Below are positions 1 through 13,050 of a DNA stretch of 64,000 nucleotides, piece after piece. Positions within the stretch are counted from its first letter, which is position 1. Each line of letters begins with the position of its first letter. The position numbers were made by a program, and so were the translations under genes. Below the pieces are notes generated by a model that made no database searches, was not told where the DNA came from, and worked only from the letters and a program-made list of their open reading frames with translations. Source of the stretch: Octopus bimaculoides (taxonomy: Eukaryota). The stretch covers positions 545,147 through 609,146 of the forward strand of contig NC_068989.1 in assembly GCF_001194135.2 (NCBI RefSeq), given 5' to 3'.

Positions 1-1879
1 AATCTAACAAAAGTTTCTCAAGTAGAAAAGCTACTAACTTGTTCAGCTATCACTGATGAATGTCCTTTTATTGTCAACAGCTGTCATCCATTGGTTACAA
101 ATTGAGGATAGTATTGTATGTCACACTTAATAAATTACTCTGTCTGTAAAAGCAGTTCATTGAAGTAAAATGCCAAGGTATACACAGGGAGGTCTGCAGA
201 CAATTCTAATTTGCTGTTTTATTTGGAAGCAGCAAAAATGTATTCACAATACAATGAAGACAGAACAAGAACAACAGGTACAGACATAGAATGGTCATCA
301 GCTTTACATTTGCTTTACATTTGCCCAAACCTGTATCAACTTCCATTTAGCATGATACCAATATACCCTTTACTTGTACAAAATTCCTTTTACATCTCAT
401 TTACTTTAAAAACTATAAAAATTTAAACATTTCTATAAACTATAAGAGGAACATTTTTTAGAGCAGAATACACTACTTGTGTAACCTTGAAGGTTAAAAC
501 ACCTCTATCTACCCTTTTAACCATAGCAGTTTGTGTAAGAAATATACTGATTTTAGTTTTTAATTCCAGAATCTATTGCAAATATACACATATTGTGAAA
601 TTTTATAAAAACATTCATAGTAATGTTTAAAAATAAATTTTTAAATTCATTTATATTATACAAGTGTTTTATGAATTAATGCAAACTTTCAATTGTTGAT
701 TCTGTTCAAAAATAACCTTAGTTTCTACTTGTATCTTTTGAAGGTTACACAACCCATTGAAAAACAGAATAAAGAATATAGAAGTCCCACTCAGTAATGA
801 TGCATGTGCAGACTTAGCAGTTTCACTCCACTTCAACAGACACCATTCGGTTTTGCTTCCCATCATATTGTCTCTTATCTGTGGAGGCTGCAGATAGGTT
901 GGCAATCTCAAACATATTGGCTGGTGTGACTGATCACCAGGTTGTTTTACAAGTACTAGGCATTATTACAAATTTCTTTATTTGTCCAGCTGAGTTCTTA
1001 ATTGGAGATAATTGCTTTATAAGTATTCAATATCACTGTTTAATACTTACTTGTTGCTCTTGCAGCTAAAGACGACCGGCAAAATACAATTTTTCTAAAG
1101 TGGGTTTCTTTTCGAACTCATCCATCTTTCATTTACCAAATGAGGAGGAGAGCAAACCAATGTAGAGCAAACCAATGCAGAGCAAACACTGTTAGGTGGT
1201 GGGAAAGACTTTAGTGTGTAATTCCCTGTTTTCCCATGTGAGACAAACAAAGCAGTGAGTCGAGAAACTGTTTTCTTCTCTCACTTTCTGACATATGTCT
1301 CATTACCAAACAACAAAACACGTATCAATGCCCGTATGGGTTGTCCACTGCTCTCTTGGTACGGATGCCAAGTTTCATAATCTTCCAGGAATGTGTACTA
1401 AGCTGACTAAGGTTAAATAATAACTGAATCAACAAAAAGAAAGACAAAATTATGTGCTTTCTGAGCAAATGATTTTTGACATCAAACAGAGAGAATATTG
1501 CTGTTAACATTGCCTATACTTTGTAATTAATTGTCTATGATAATGAATGGTGAATTATTTTGTATCGTGGCCCTGCATATTTGTCAACTTCAGGATGATA
1601 GTCAATCTAAAGTTTGCAGGCTACGGGTGTGCAACTGTAGTGTCTACAGCATCATTAGCAACTGATATATCTCAGATCTCAAACACACACACACACACAC
1701 AGAGCCTAATGTTGGCATTCAGTCCTTTGAAATTGTATCTTTCTTTCCATGTGTGCAGGTAGAGTCCATCCTTCAGTTGAAGTTTTAAAAAGAATGCTTT
1801 AGAAACGTGAAGATTCCGAAAAAAAAGGTGATGCTAAGATTCAGACCAAAGATGTCCAAAGGGTTCACTATTGCAGTGA

Positions 1880-2305
1880 ATTGTAGTATTTGTACATCCT
1901 CTTGAAAGAAGGATGTCATTTTGCGATATATGGGGATGTGACAAAATCTTGAAGGAAATTTGGGAGGGGCTATCATGCATGTTAATTAAGGCAAGTACAT
2001 TAGTAATTCGAAGAAAGGAACATATAACAACTGAAAGTGCTATTCCCAACAGTGTTCTAGGAATCGGAAAGGAAGAAAAATCCATTGTGAATCTAACAGT
2101 AGAATATTCTGACAACTTTTGGCAATTTGCAGAAAGATTTGCTGATAATACTGAAAAAACAGTCGGACTTTACAAAACCAACTTTTTTGCTTGTGATGTT
2201 GAAGAAACAAATGTCCTGGTTATTATTTTACATAATTATTATATACACCCTGTCACCATTTTTCAGGTACAGAATGACTGTTCAGACATTTCTTACATTT
2301 TGTAG
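1880..2305 (+). pseudogene. Unidentified coding-like open frame within a decayed coding-like tract (1-2700)
   Basis: Stop-free from 1880 to 2302 (VHPLERRMSFCDIWGCDKILKEIWEGL...FWQFAERFADNTEKTVGLYK...) with non-repetitive, protein-like composition. Neighbouring frames are interrupted by stops. Confidence 0.25.
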
Positions 2306-3090
2306 TATATATATATATGTATGCTACAGAACCTCCCAAAACTAGACACCAACATTAAAGCATTGTCCAAGCCTAATTAGGTTACCTATGAAGAAAACCA
2401 AACAACACCAAAGAAAGCAATCCCCACAGATTATGAAGCCACAAACCCTTCCCACATTACAAGAAAGAAGAACAACCCAGAATAATGAAACTAGGATATA
2501 AGAAATGCACAATCGAACATAACATATGTGCATTCCCATCATCAGCTGACCAACCAGATATCACTATGGTTTCAACCCCTGGATTGTACCATTCAATCTG
2601 GTGGTGGCCACAGCATTAAAAATATAAACACTGCCTGAGAATCCATCAGCTTATTACTACAAGTATATAAGAGGGGGTTGCTTTTCTATTTTTGTTATAT
2701 AAAAAAAAAACAACATTAAAATGCTCAATACATCATTTTGGTGTTCCATCTTTGATCAAAAGATGTTCAAACAAGACTAGTTATAGACTTTTCAGTATTT
2801 TAGTTTTGGTTTCCTCAAACCAGATAAAAACTTCCTTTTTTTCTTTCATAAGTAATACAATTTGTTGATAGACTAATTTCTGTTAATGTTTCCTGCTTTC
2901 ATGTGGGTGCAACAATCTGCAACATATGCAAGTGATAATTAATCAAAAGATGAGATTAAAACAATATCATTTTGGAAATTGTCAGTTTTTACACATGAGC
3001 CGTCCAGATGGGTGTTCTCATATAGGGCTTTCTTATCTAATTATTCTTTTCTAATATCCAACACATGCACACACATTCATACATGCGCAT

Positions 3091-3133
<43 letters not shown>

Positions 3134-3559
3134 TGTAAATAATGGAGTGTGGTAAGTACACAGTTTTATAGGGAGTTTCAGAAAGTGGTTTTAGAGTAAG
3201 ATATAACATCTGTTGCCTGAAGACTGACACAGCTGATCCACCTAATTGAGTTTAATATCATCAAAGCAGGTTTTATTGAATAAGGATTAGCAATATTGAG
3301 AAGCCCCAAACCATTGGTATGCTTATGTATGTGTAGTTCATTTCATTTGAAACCTGTTTTACATGAGTTCTATTTGCCTTCATCTACAAATTTTCAAATA
3401 AATTTAGGTTATTTCAAAGATTTCAAAAACATTCTAAAAATTAAAACTTGCTTAATCTGCCAAGACACAATATCTCTATAATAATTAAAATCATTAACAG
3501 AGGGCTACCAATCGCATCAGTCATTGCTGTCCCACTGCTAGATTATAAAGGAAAAAAAA

Positions 3560-4440
3560 ATCTTCTTTTCCCCCTCTTTTATTTTTAGTTTGGAAAGTCT
3601 GATCTCTAATTTTTTCTCAAGTCTATCCAATTCATTCTTCCATCTCATTCTTTTTCAAACTGTTTCCTTGACCATTTCTCAGAATCCAGTTTGTCAACAT
3701 TTTCATCCATTTGTTGTCACCTGTTCGCTGGATATGTCCAACCCAACTCCATTTCAATAACATTTAGTTTTGTTTAATTTCAGATCTCTTTTTTTTTATG
3801 GGGTTTCATTACTTTTTGATCAGATTCTATGTTTCTGCAAAATAAGAAATCTTTGTGATGACACGTTGATTTTAAATTCGTCTTTTGTCCGGTTCTTATG
3901 GGAGTCTAACTTTTCAAAATGATGACTTGTCCTCTGGAAGGTTAACCAGTTTGAAGTAATTCATGGCCAGCATAGGCAGAACTCTTTATTATTTGATGTT
4001 TTGGTTTTCAAAAGAGCCATCAGTTTATGGAACCTTAGCCATACTGTTATGTTTCTTGTAGTCAATTATTATGACATAGTTTGAAGTTTGGTTGGTTTTC
4101 CTAACATAAGAACTTTGTTGTCTGCAAATATGTAAGAAATTTGCAATCAATTCCAATTCCCATTTTGTCTTCATCCAAGAACAGTTTTCAAAACACTTCT
4201 ATTCAGGCAACGAAAAGTTTATGTGTCTTTTTTGAATGTGAATTTGTTCAAACACTTGCATGGTGTGAAGAGAAAAATGTGTCATCGTAAAGAATGTATT
4301 TTGAAGACATTCATCTATGTTGGTTCTATATCTTGGTTTGTTACGGTTACCATCAATGCTTATATTTCTAACAGAATGTAATTAGTTTTTGCCATCTACA
4401 ATGGCTGAGCAAGATTTTATATTCTGTTGGTTTATAAGTA
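3560..4440 (-). mobile_element. Decayed RTE-clade LINE, RT domain and C-terminus
   Basis: Minus-strand motifs KLFVA*IEVF, IFADN (YADD equivalent, 4117-4128), RVLPML and LKWSWVGHIQRTGDNKWMKMLTNW, with frameshifts and stops. Confidence 0.75.
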
Positions 4441-5704
4441 CTGAAATCAACATCATCATCATCATCATCATAAATAATTTAACATCCTTTTCCATGTTGG
4501 TATAAACTGGACATGTCTACTGAATAAACTTTCACTCTTATCAACACCCCTAAGCTGGAACCAGTTAGATTCATATTGCTTCCATTTTAACCCAACTCAA
4601 TAAACTATTAACCACAAAATCAGTGAGATCTTTTTGTCGAATTGCATGTGTTGTCTATTTTCATCCCATGACAAATACCGCAATAAAAGCATTTCAAAAA
4701 TCTACACAATTTCTGACTTCTGGCTTTTATAACTTTCTATACATCTGTGAGCAATATGATGTGTGGCTACAATTTCTTAGGCTTCTCTGTGCCAAATTTG
4801 CAAAATAATTTTGAAATAATACTCAATGCAATCTGTTTAATATCACGGTTTATCTAGAATCCAAAATTCAATTGTTAAAATCCAACAAACAACAATTCAA
4901 CAATTTGCCCTGGAATTACAGACATTTTTCCCTGTCATTAATCAATAGAAAAACAATAATTTTAATTCTTGTAATTAGCGTCTTTAATAGCTGATATTAA
5001 CAAAATCAAACTTACACTAATTATACTTGACATGAAGTTGTTTTGGAAAAAGCTATGAGAGTTCTTTTATGATTTTAAAGAAACTTCAGTAGTTTTGGGG
5101 GGGGGGCGTATTTTCTATTTTATTATTTTGCAAGCCAAACAAAACTATGCAAAATGAGAAAAAAATCTTCATTAAAAGAAGCTTAATTAAATTTCTTCTC
5201 TTATATAAAATTTCTTTGGCAACAAGATTTAATAAAAATAAGTAAACAAACAGCTAACAAAACATTAACTAAATTTTAAATGATTGATTAAATATAACCC
5301 TCGTAATTCCTGCTGCCCTGAATGAATTTCAAATGAGAAAAAAATCATAAATTTTCCTCAATCCAATAAAATATATCAAAATATATGAAAGGTTTTAATA
5401 CAATTTAAGAGGAATTTTATTCCAACAATTTTGATTTTTTGTGCAACTACAACTAATATAACAATGAATCGTTAACAGTGTCCACCGAGTGGAGACTAAT
5501 TTGGTGTTATGCTACATTATAAGAACAACTAAATGAAAATGAAAGAAGGGTTTCTGTCTTTTTTTGTTTTTTTTTTTTATATATAATTAATTAAGCATAG
5601 AAAGAATGAATCTATTAAATTATAATGCACTGATGAGATTTTTAAAGAGTAAATAATAACAAAAGAATAGAAATGTTACTTTGCTATAGAGTAAGCATAG
5701 TGAA

Positions 5705-6018
5705 GGCACATGGCTCAGTGGTAAGAGCATCAGGCTAATAATTACGAGGTAGTGAGCTTGATTGCCAGACCGGGCTGTGTGTTGTGTTCTTGAGCAAGAC
5801 ACTTTATGTCACGTTGTTCCAGTTCACTCAGCTGTACAAATGAGTTGCAACATCACTGGTGCCAAGCTGTATCGGCCCCTTTGCCTTTCCCTTGGATAAC
5901 ATCAGTGGTGTAGAGAGGGGAGGCTGGTATGCATGGGTGACTGCTGGTCTTCCATAAACAACCTTGCCCAGACTGGTGCCTTGGAGGAAAACTTTCTAGG
6001 ACCAAAGAAGGTCTTCTA
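5705..6018 (+). mobile_element. tRNA-derived SINE, family B (central GTGTTCTTGAGCAAGACACTT domain)
   Basis: A box TGGCTCAGTGG, degenerate B box, and a central domain shared with the copy at 52457. Confidence 0.8.
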
Positions 6019-6604
6019 CGTATGGTTAAAGAAATAGAAAAGAGATAATGGGAGTGGGGGGGGGGTGAAGCAAGAAATAAAAGGTGGATATTTTCTAAAT
6101 ATTAAATCTAAAATGGAACATTAAGCCATCTGGAAACCATCAAAGCCTGGAATGGTGAATATCCTGTCTTTGTTTGATATCAGTGAATTCTTTGCTCTAA
6201 GAGGTGAAGATGTCAGATAGAGTAACATAGAATCTGAGATGGCAATTCTTGGAGAGAAAACTCAGCCTGTAATTCTAGAATACTCTGAAATCTCTTGATG
6301 AGTTAGAAATTTCATTTTGTTGTTTTCTTGACTTTTTATTTTCATCGTAATTTTTTTTTTCTCTATTTTGCTTGAGTAATGAAAATTTACTTTTGATAAA
6401 TTGCTCCAACTTCCAAATATTAAAATACTTATCAAAATAGCAATATAGCAATCTATGTAGTTTGGGGTTATTTGTTTCACCATTTAATGTCAATTATATA
6501 CACAAGTATGTGCATGCATGTGTGTGTGTGTATGTGTGTGTGTGAGAGTGTGTGCATGCACATGCCTGTGTGTATGAGTGTGTGTATTCCTCTCTGTTTT
6601 TATG

Positions 6605-6792
6605 CAGGTAGCACAAAAAGAGAGCCCAGTCCTTGTTGTAAAGTGATTGGTATTAAGAAGGCCATCCAGTCATAGAAACCATGCCCAAAACAGACATTGG
6701 AGCATGATGCAGTCTTTGGGTTCATTAGATTCTGTCAAACCATCCAACCTATGCCAGCATATGGAACACAGGCTTTAAATGATGATGATGAT
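6605..6792 (+). mobile_element. SINE family C fragment (RTE-like 3' tail, (ATG)n)
   Basis: ...CCATCCAACCTATGCCAGCATATGGAACACAGGCTTTAAATGATGATG; homologous to 27745-27969. Confidence 0.7.
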
Positions 6793-6793
6793 A

Positions 6794-6835
<42 letters not shown>

Positions 6836-7652
6836 AGTTTTGACTAAATGCAGTGCTCCAGCATGGCCACAGTCAAATGACTGAAACAAGTAAAAAAATA
6901 AAAGAATATACATGTGTGTGTGTGTGTATATATGTGTGTATGTCTACACATACACACATATACACACACATACACATACATATATGTATATATGCATGCA
7001 TGTATGATGTATGTGTGTGTATGTATGTATATGGATGAGCATATTTATTATATAAACATTTGTGTCCACTAATTAGGATACATTTACCACACATGCTTTT
7101 AACATAATCAAACACACACACACACATACACAGACTCTCTCTCTTCTTTCTCTTCCTCCAAATTGAAGCTGCTTACTGAAGCAAACATTGAGAGCGAAAA
7201 AGTGTGTGCATGTGTGTGCGTGTGTGTGCATGTGTGTGCATGTGTGTAAGTGTCATGTAACAGTTTACAAACTTTATCAAGTTATAAAATTAACAAAATA
7301 ATCAGTTTTAAGGCCACACAGCTTTCAGTTTTCTTGCTCACACTCATTCAGCCCATATGCAGTAATTTAGTAATATTTTAACTTTTTAATAATTAGTTAT
7401 CAACTAACTTGTTATTGACTTGTTTATGTTGCTGCTGATATCAACATTAATTTTATCCATGGTTGTTCCACTTGGATGCTTTCAAACTGCAGAAAGTCAC
7501 TCAACCCAAACTTCTCATTTTCTTAACATCCTACTTAAAAATCAATCAAATTCACCGTTTCTACTCCTGGTCTCATAATAAACTCACATTTATTTCATTC
7601 TCCTTTTTAGACATTTATTTGACAAGTCACAGTATTCACTCCTGGTTTTACC

Positions 7653-7835
7653 TTCTGAGTTCAAATTCTGCCAAGGTTGACTTTGCCTTTCATCTTTTTG
7701 GGGGTCAATAATATAAGTCCCATTTGAACACTGAAACTGATGAAATCAACAAGCACCCCACCACCACCACAACAACAACAACCCACACCCACACACTTAC
7801 TCCAAAATTTCAGACCCCTGATAGAAAGGATTATT
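7653..7835 (+). mobile_element. CORE-like SINE fragment
   Basis: TTCAAATTCTGCCAAGGTTGACTTTGCCTTTCATC...GAAAGGATTATT; homologous to 17855 and 42040. Confidence 0.7.
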
Positions 7836-8061
7836 TTACAGACCCAGAAAACCCTTTGCATTTCATTCTAGTTGTAGAAATTCTTTTATCTTCAACAAGG
7901 TTTTAAAGTCCCCTAAAATAACACAAAAGACATTAATCATAAGGTTCTCTAAAATTCTTCTAGTTAGCAAATAAGCGGTCAACTGCATTTTGACCAATTC
8001 CAGCCTTTGACCTAACTTTCAACTCCTGCCACTAACAAATGTTTTTCTCTTTTCAAGTTAC

Positions 8062-8145
8062 CAAACAATAAACCAGACCATTTTACTGGATTCCAAATGC
8101 AACCAGACACAACAGTGCCACAAGCAAATAATGGCAAATCTTGAC
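8062..8145 (-). CDS. Candidate 84-nt internal exon
   Basis: Strong acceptor (T)n-GCAG| at 8146 and TTG|GTAACT donor. The phase 1-1 reading (G)QDLPLFACGTVVSGCIWNPVKWSGLLF is open; length is divisible by 3. Confidence 0.3.
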
Positions 8146-8804
8146 CTGCAAAAAAAAAAAAAGATTCTTCCTTCTAAACTAAAATGACTAAAAAAATATG
8201 CTAAAAAGAGATGTTAGACACAGGGTAGAGAGGATTTTTCAGTTGTGCCATGGACTTCCCTCTGAAGGAAGAAGACATGATAAAATGTACCCAATAAAGT
8301 AGGTGATGCTATATGAAAGACATCAAGCTGTATAAACCATTCTTGTAATATTGTGTGTAGCAGATGACAAAAGGAGTGCAATGAATGGTGAGTCACTGAA
8401 ACCTGGTGAAGCCATGTCTCATGTATAAAGGATGATGATGATGGTGATTTAACCCACTATATACACATGTAACATTTTTAACATAAACCTCATCAAATGA
8501 ATTATATATCATTTCAATTACATTATAAACACCAGCTACTGACACATTTATAAGCATCCTAAATAAAAACAAAAGAATTAGCAGACTTTATCAACATGTA
8601 GATAAGTAAATTGTGAAGAAAAAGAGAAAAAGAGGCTGAAATTCTTGCAGTAATCAAGAATAATGAAGGAAATAATCATCTTCTACAACCAACTGGTTTT
8701 AATCTCACTTTATTCAAATGTGTCTCTTCTTTCTATGATTATTCACAAATTGCAACGTTTTTGATTTGGCACAGAGAAACAGAGAAACTGAGCAAATCTC
8801 TTCC

Positions 8805-8866
<62 letters not shown>

Positions 8867-9951
8867 TAATGCATGAGCATATGTTTGCCAATGTATATCA
8901 ACAAAGAGTGTAAGCAGTGAGAAAACAAACAAAAAAACATTGCTTCTTGAATTAAGTTCCATGTGATATTTGTTTCATAATGAGTTTCACACACTCCCTG
9001 GGAATTCTCCCCATCAGATTTTCAATTAACTGGTGATTGGCCTGTTGTAATCTTGCAGTCAGAGGTGCCAGTGTCTACCTATTGTAATATAACAAACACT
9101 TAATAACACACATTACCCTTTGTCAATTCATAAAGTATGTTCAATATTATATGTCAATCATACTGAAAGCTGAAACATTCACTGTCTTCTCAACAGATTT
9201 GCCCATCATACAGATGCCATCATTAAAAGATTCCTTGTTTAATTGTAATAAAACAATGCAGCATTGCATTGTAAGCAACATTTTGCTTCATAATCTGAGT
9301 CTTTTTGTTGTTTTTTTTAACATCATCTTCTAGTCTTGGATTCTATAAATTGAAATTTATGTGTGCATACAAACATACATACGTATTTATGTATGAATGT
9401 ATGTATGTGTGTATGCATGCATGTGTATGTGTATGCATGTATGTATGTGTGTATACATACATATGTGCATGCACAAACATACATGCACGCTGATGCACAC
9501 ACATGCACACAGACAAAAATGAACGCAGCTCCAATAACGGACAGAGTCAACATCCACTGACAAGGTTGCAAAAGGCAATGAAAATTTTGGAAGAAAAAAT
9601 ATAAACAGATGAATGGAAATGAAACCAGTGAGTGTGTTAGAGAAATAAGGCATTGAGACAATATGACTCTCCCCAGACACAACATAATTTGCTTCAATAC
9701 ACAAATTCACATAAAGAATCTTGCAAACCAAATCCCAAAATGAAGAAACGAAAATGTTTTCTGCAGTCTTCCTATGGATCAATAATTCCATGGATTCAGT
9801 AGATGAGAGATTAAATCTATCATAATCCAAGAGAGATTAAAGCTATCGTAATCCAAGAAACTTTATGGAATTTTCCAATCAGCCAGAAAATTAAGTTTTA
9901 CTCAGCAGTGCAAAGATTTCCAACAAAACTTCTACAAGTCACTTGATTATA

Positions 9952-10190
9952 ATCATCATCATCATCCATCATTTTGAATCCAAGTTTTGTCCCTGTTAAC
10001 AAGGGTGGCTGGATCTACCTCAATGCCATAGCAACCACCCTCACACCATTCTCACCATCTTGCCCAGTTTTAGGCGTCCTTCTTCCAATCCTCCTAACCT
10101 CCTCCTCCTCCACCTGTCCCCTCCACATTTTCCTCGGTCTACTTCATCTTTCGTGCTCCATTTATAATGAAGTCTTTAATCTAGAAACTA
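9952..10190 (-). mobile_element. RTE LINE 3' end remnant
   Basis: (CAT)n tail and degenerate GRP-x-TW...DA-x-NWARW-like translation on the minus strand. Confidence 0.45.
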
Positions 10191-10299
10191 CTGAGAGTTA
10201 ATTTTATATTCCAATTTGTGATATAAAACTGATTCAATAGTTTCAATAGACTTCCCCCATTGAAGATGGTGAGAGGAACAAGGAAATTGTTTTTTATTA

Positions 10300-11000
10300 A
10301 CTCAGTGTAAAGACTGTCCTCACAAAATACCTCATTCAAAAAGCAGTTTTTTCACCAAGCTTTACATCCTTTACCAATATACATCAATAACTGGTGCTCC
10401 ATCAGTTACAATAATATGTATTATAGCTAATCCAAGGGAAGGGAGATCAAAGGGAATCATTTAGTAAAAATAAATTAAAAGGAAATGCCAAATGAAAAAG
10501 TCCTCCATTGTGTAAAAGAAGGAGTGGAATTTTTTGGCAACATGACGTAATGTCTATTAATGTCCAAACTTGTAGATAAGAATGGTGCCTCTTTAAAACT
10601 ATAATGAAATAATACAAGTAAAGATGTAAATATAGAAGAGAAAAAGGAAAAATCAATTGCACAACTGAAAACAATAATAAAGGACTTTTAAAGTTCCAAT
10701 GAATTAAGGTAAGTTGTAATTCTAACTTGACCAACAAAATAAATGTAAAAAGAAAAACGATAAAGCAAAGAATCTCAGATGAAGATACAAGAAGATACTG
10801 AGCTACTACGTCAGTCAGAGCAAGTCGATGTATGGTAAATACTGCTAACATTGCTAAGCATGGCTGGGACAATAGTCTGCTGGCTGACCACCTTAAGCAT
10901 CATTCGAATGGAGACTTGTATGTCTTTAAGTAGGAGCATTAGCGTTGAGACAGAAATGTTTAAAAATTCATTTGAGTTGAAGGGAGAACCTTAATCGTAA
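10300..11000 (+). mobile_element. Possible Penelope-like (GIY-YIG) remnant
   Basis: Heavily decayed frames KRKTIKQRISDE and LADHLKHH, resembling the post-YIG region. Confidence 0.3.
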
Positions 11001-12329
11001 CAATTCATATCAATTACAGTATTAAAAAAAAAATCTCCATGGACTTCATTACAGCAGCAGTAAATACACATTATTCAATTAAATACTTTATTTTCACTCC
11101 ATTTATCCCTCTTCATTTTTTTTTTCTTTTTTAATGAATCGTGTGGTATTTCTTGTTAGATGTCTTCTCTTCAATAAGAAATGTCAACAGATAATGATAT
11201 TAATACTAGAAGCAGTGAAATATGTCCTTCTGTTAAAAATAAGGACAGAGATAATAACAGGCCGAGCTAAAATGTTCTGCACAACAGGTCAAGATAATAA
11301 TAAATGACATGTTGTGTCTCAAGGACCCTATAATTATCAAAAGTTTAAACATTGCATTGTTATTTGGAAAATATCTGTATATTTCCTTCGTCACAATGAG
11401 GGAGAGAGAGACGCTTATGGAATAAAAAACCAAAAATTAACTAGTCACTGCTTCAATATTAAGTTGAACAAAAGAAGGAAATAAAAATTTGAATTCTTTT
11501 TCTGTCTTTTGCTGAACAAAACTCAACATTGAAGGGAAGTGAATTTGTAATTTCTAAGATTGGTCTCACATATATTTTCACAATATTTTAGATTTACCTT
11601 GTTAGTTACCTGACATCTTGATTGAAAAGAAATCTCAAAAGTAGAACTNNNNNNNNNNNNNNNNNNNNNNNNNNNNNNNNNNNNNNNNNNNNNNNNNNNN
11701 NNNNNNNNNNNNNNNNNNNNNNNNNNNNNNNNNNNNNNNNNNNNNNNNNNNNNNNNNNNNNNNNNNNNNNNNNNNNNNNNNNNNNNNNNNNNNNNNNNNN
11801 NNNNNNNNNNNNNNNNNNNNNNNNNNNNNNNNNNNNNNNNNNNNNNNNNNNNNNNNNNNNNNNNNNNNNNNNNNNNNNNNNNNNNNNNNNNNNNNNNNNN
11901 NNNNNNNNNNNNNNNNNNNNNNNNNNNNNNNNNNNNNNNNNNNNNNNGCGTGTGCGTGTGTCTGTATTTATGTTTGCTAAATAAAATTTAGTGTTGTTAG
12001 TGCTGTATCCCTTTATATCCCATAACTTAGCAGTTTCACAAATCAAAACCAATAAAATAAGGATCAGATTGAAATAAGGACTGGGATTGATATAAGTGAC
12101 TAAAACCTTTTAAAGATGGTACCCCAGTATGGCTGCAGTCATTGACTGAAATTAGTAAAGAAAACGTGACTGAAAAAAAAAAAAAATAAAGGAATAAATT
12201 ATAAAAGCATTCGACAAGCTTTTAGAAATGACTTTTTTTTTCATTTTTATTTAAAACAAAACGTATTAAAAGAACTTATAATAGAAATGATGTGTGAAGG
12301 AGAAAGTGGGTGATTAAAAGACTTGATAA

Positions 12330-13050
12330 CATATTCTATTCACAAGGAAGGTAACAAAATTAAAAAATGAATGTGTATAAAAGACAAATGTTATAAGAAA
12401 CAACCACAGCAGCTTGAGATGTTGTTTGGACACATATGAGATTTAATGAGAGAAATTAAAATGAAAAATGAGTTTGTTGCTTATAATAATGAAGTAGATC
12501 TTTATCTGTATAGAAGATGTAGATGTCTTCTCTGGTGTAAGCAGCTGTCTTTAAAATATAAAGTATCTATGGAGACATTCTTCACTTTGAAGTGTTACAT
12601 TCAAGTAAGAACATCTCAGAATCAGCTAAAAATCATAAGATTGAAAGGGAATTGGAAAATTGTTCTCCAGAATGTGCAATCTAAATGAAATTTGAACAAT
12701 AAGACAAAAAGAGCCACTGAGACAAACTACCAAGATTGGAACAAGGAAATTTTAAGATGTTTGCAATAAAATATAGAGTTTTTTTTTTTTTTTTTGGAGT
12801 TGTACATTAAAGGTAAACTTGAAATACATTAGGTAAGGCTTAAGTAACTTTGGGCTTATTGAAGAATTAATCTTAAAGCCCATTATATAGATAAATGGAG
12901 AGACAATACGGCAAACTGAACTGAGAATGTTGGAAATAAACATGAAACTAGGACAGAATGATCTGATATGGCAATGATGATCAAGAATTTAGAAAGATTA
13001 ACCAGACAAGTCGAATTAAGATTCTCATGACTCAGTATTTGGATGTGATT
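12330..13050 (+). mobile_element. Possible Penelope-like (GIY-YIG) remnant
   Basis: Decayed motifs KIVLQN, GVVH* and GETIRQTELRMLE (cf. GVVY...YIGETxRxLxxRMxEH). Confidence 0.4.
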
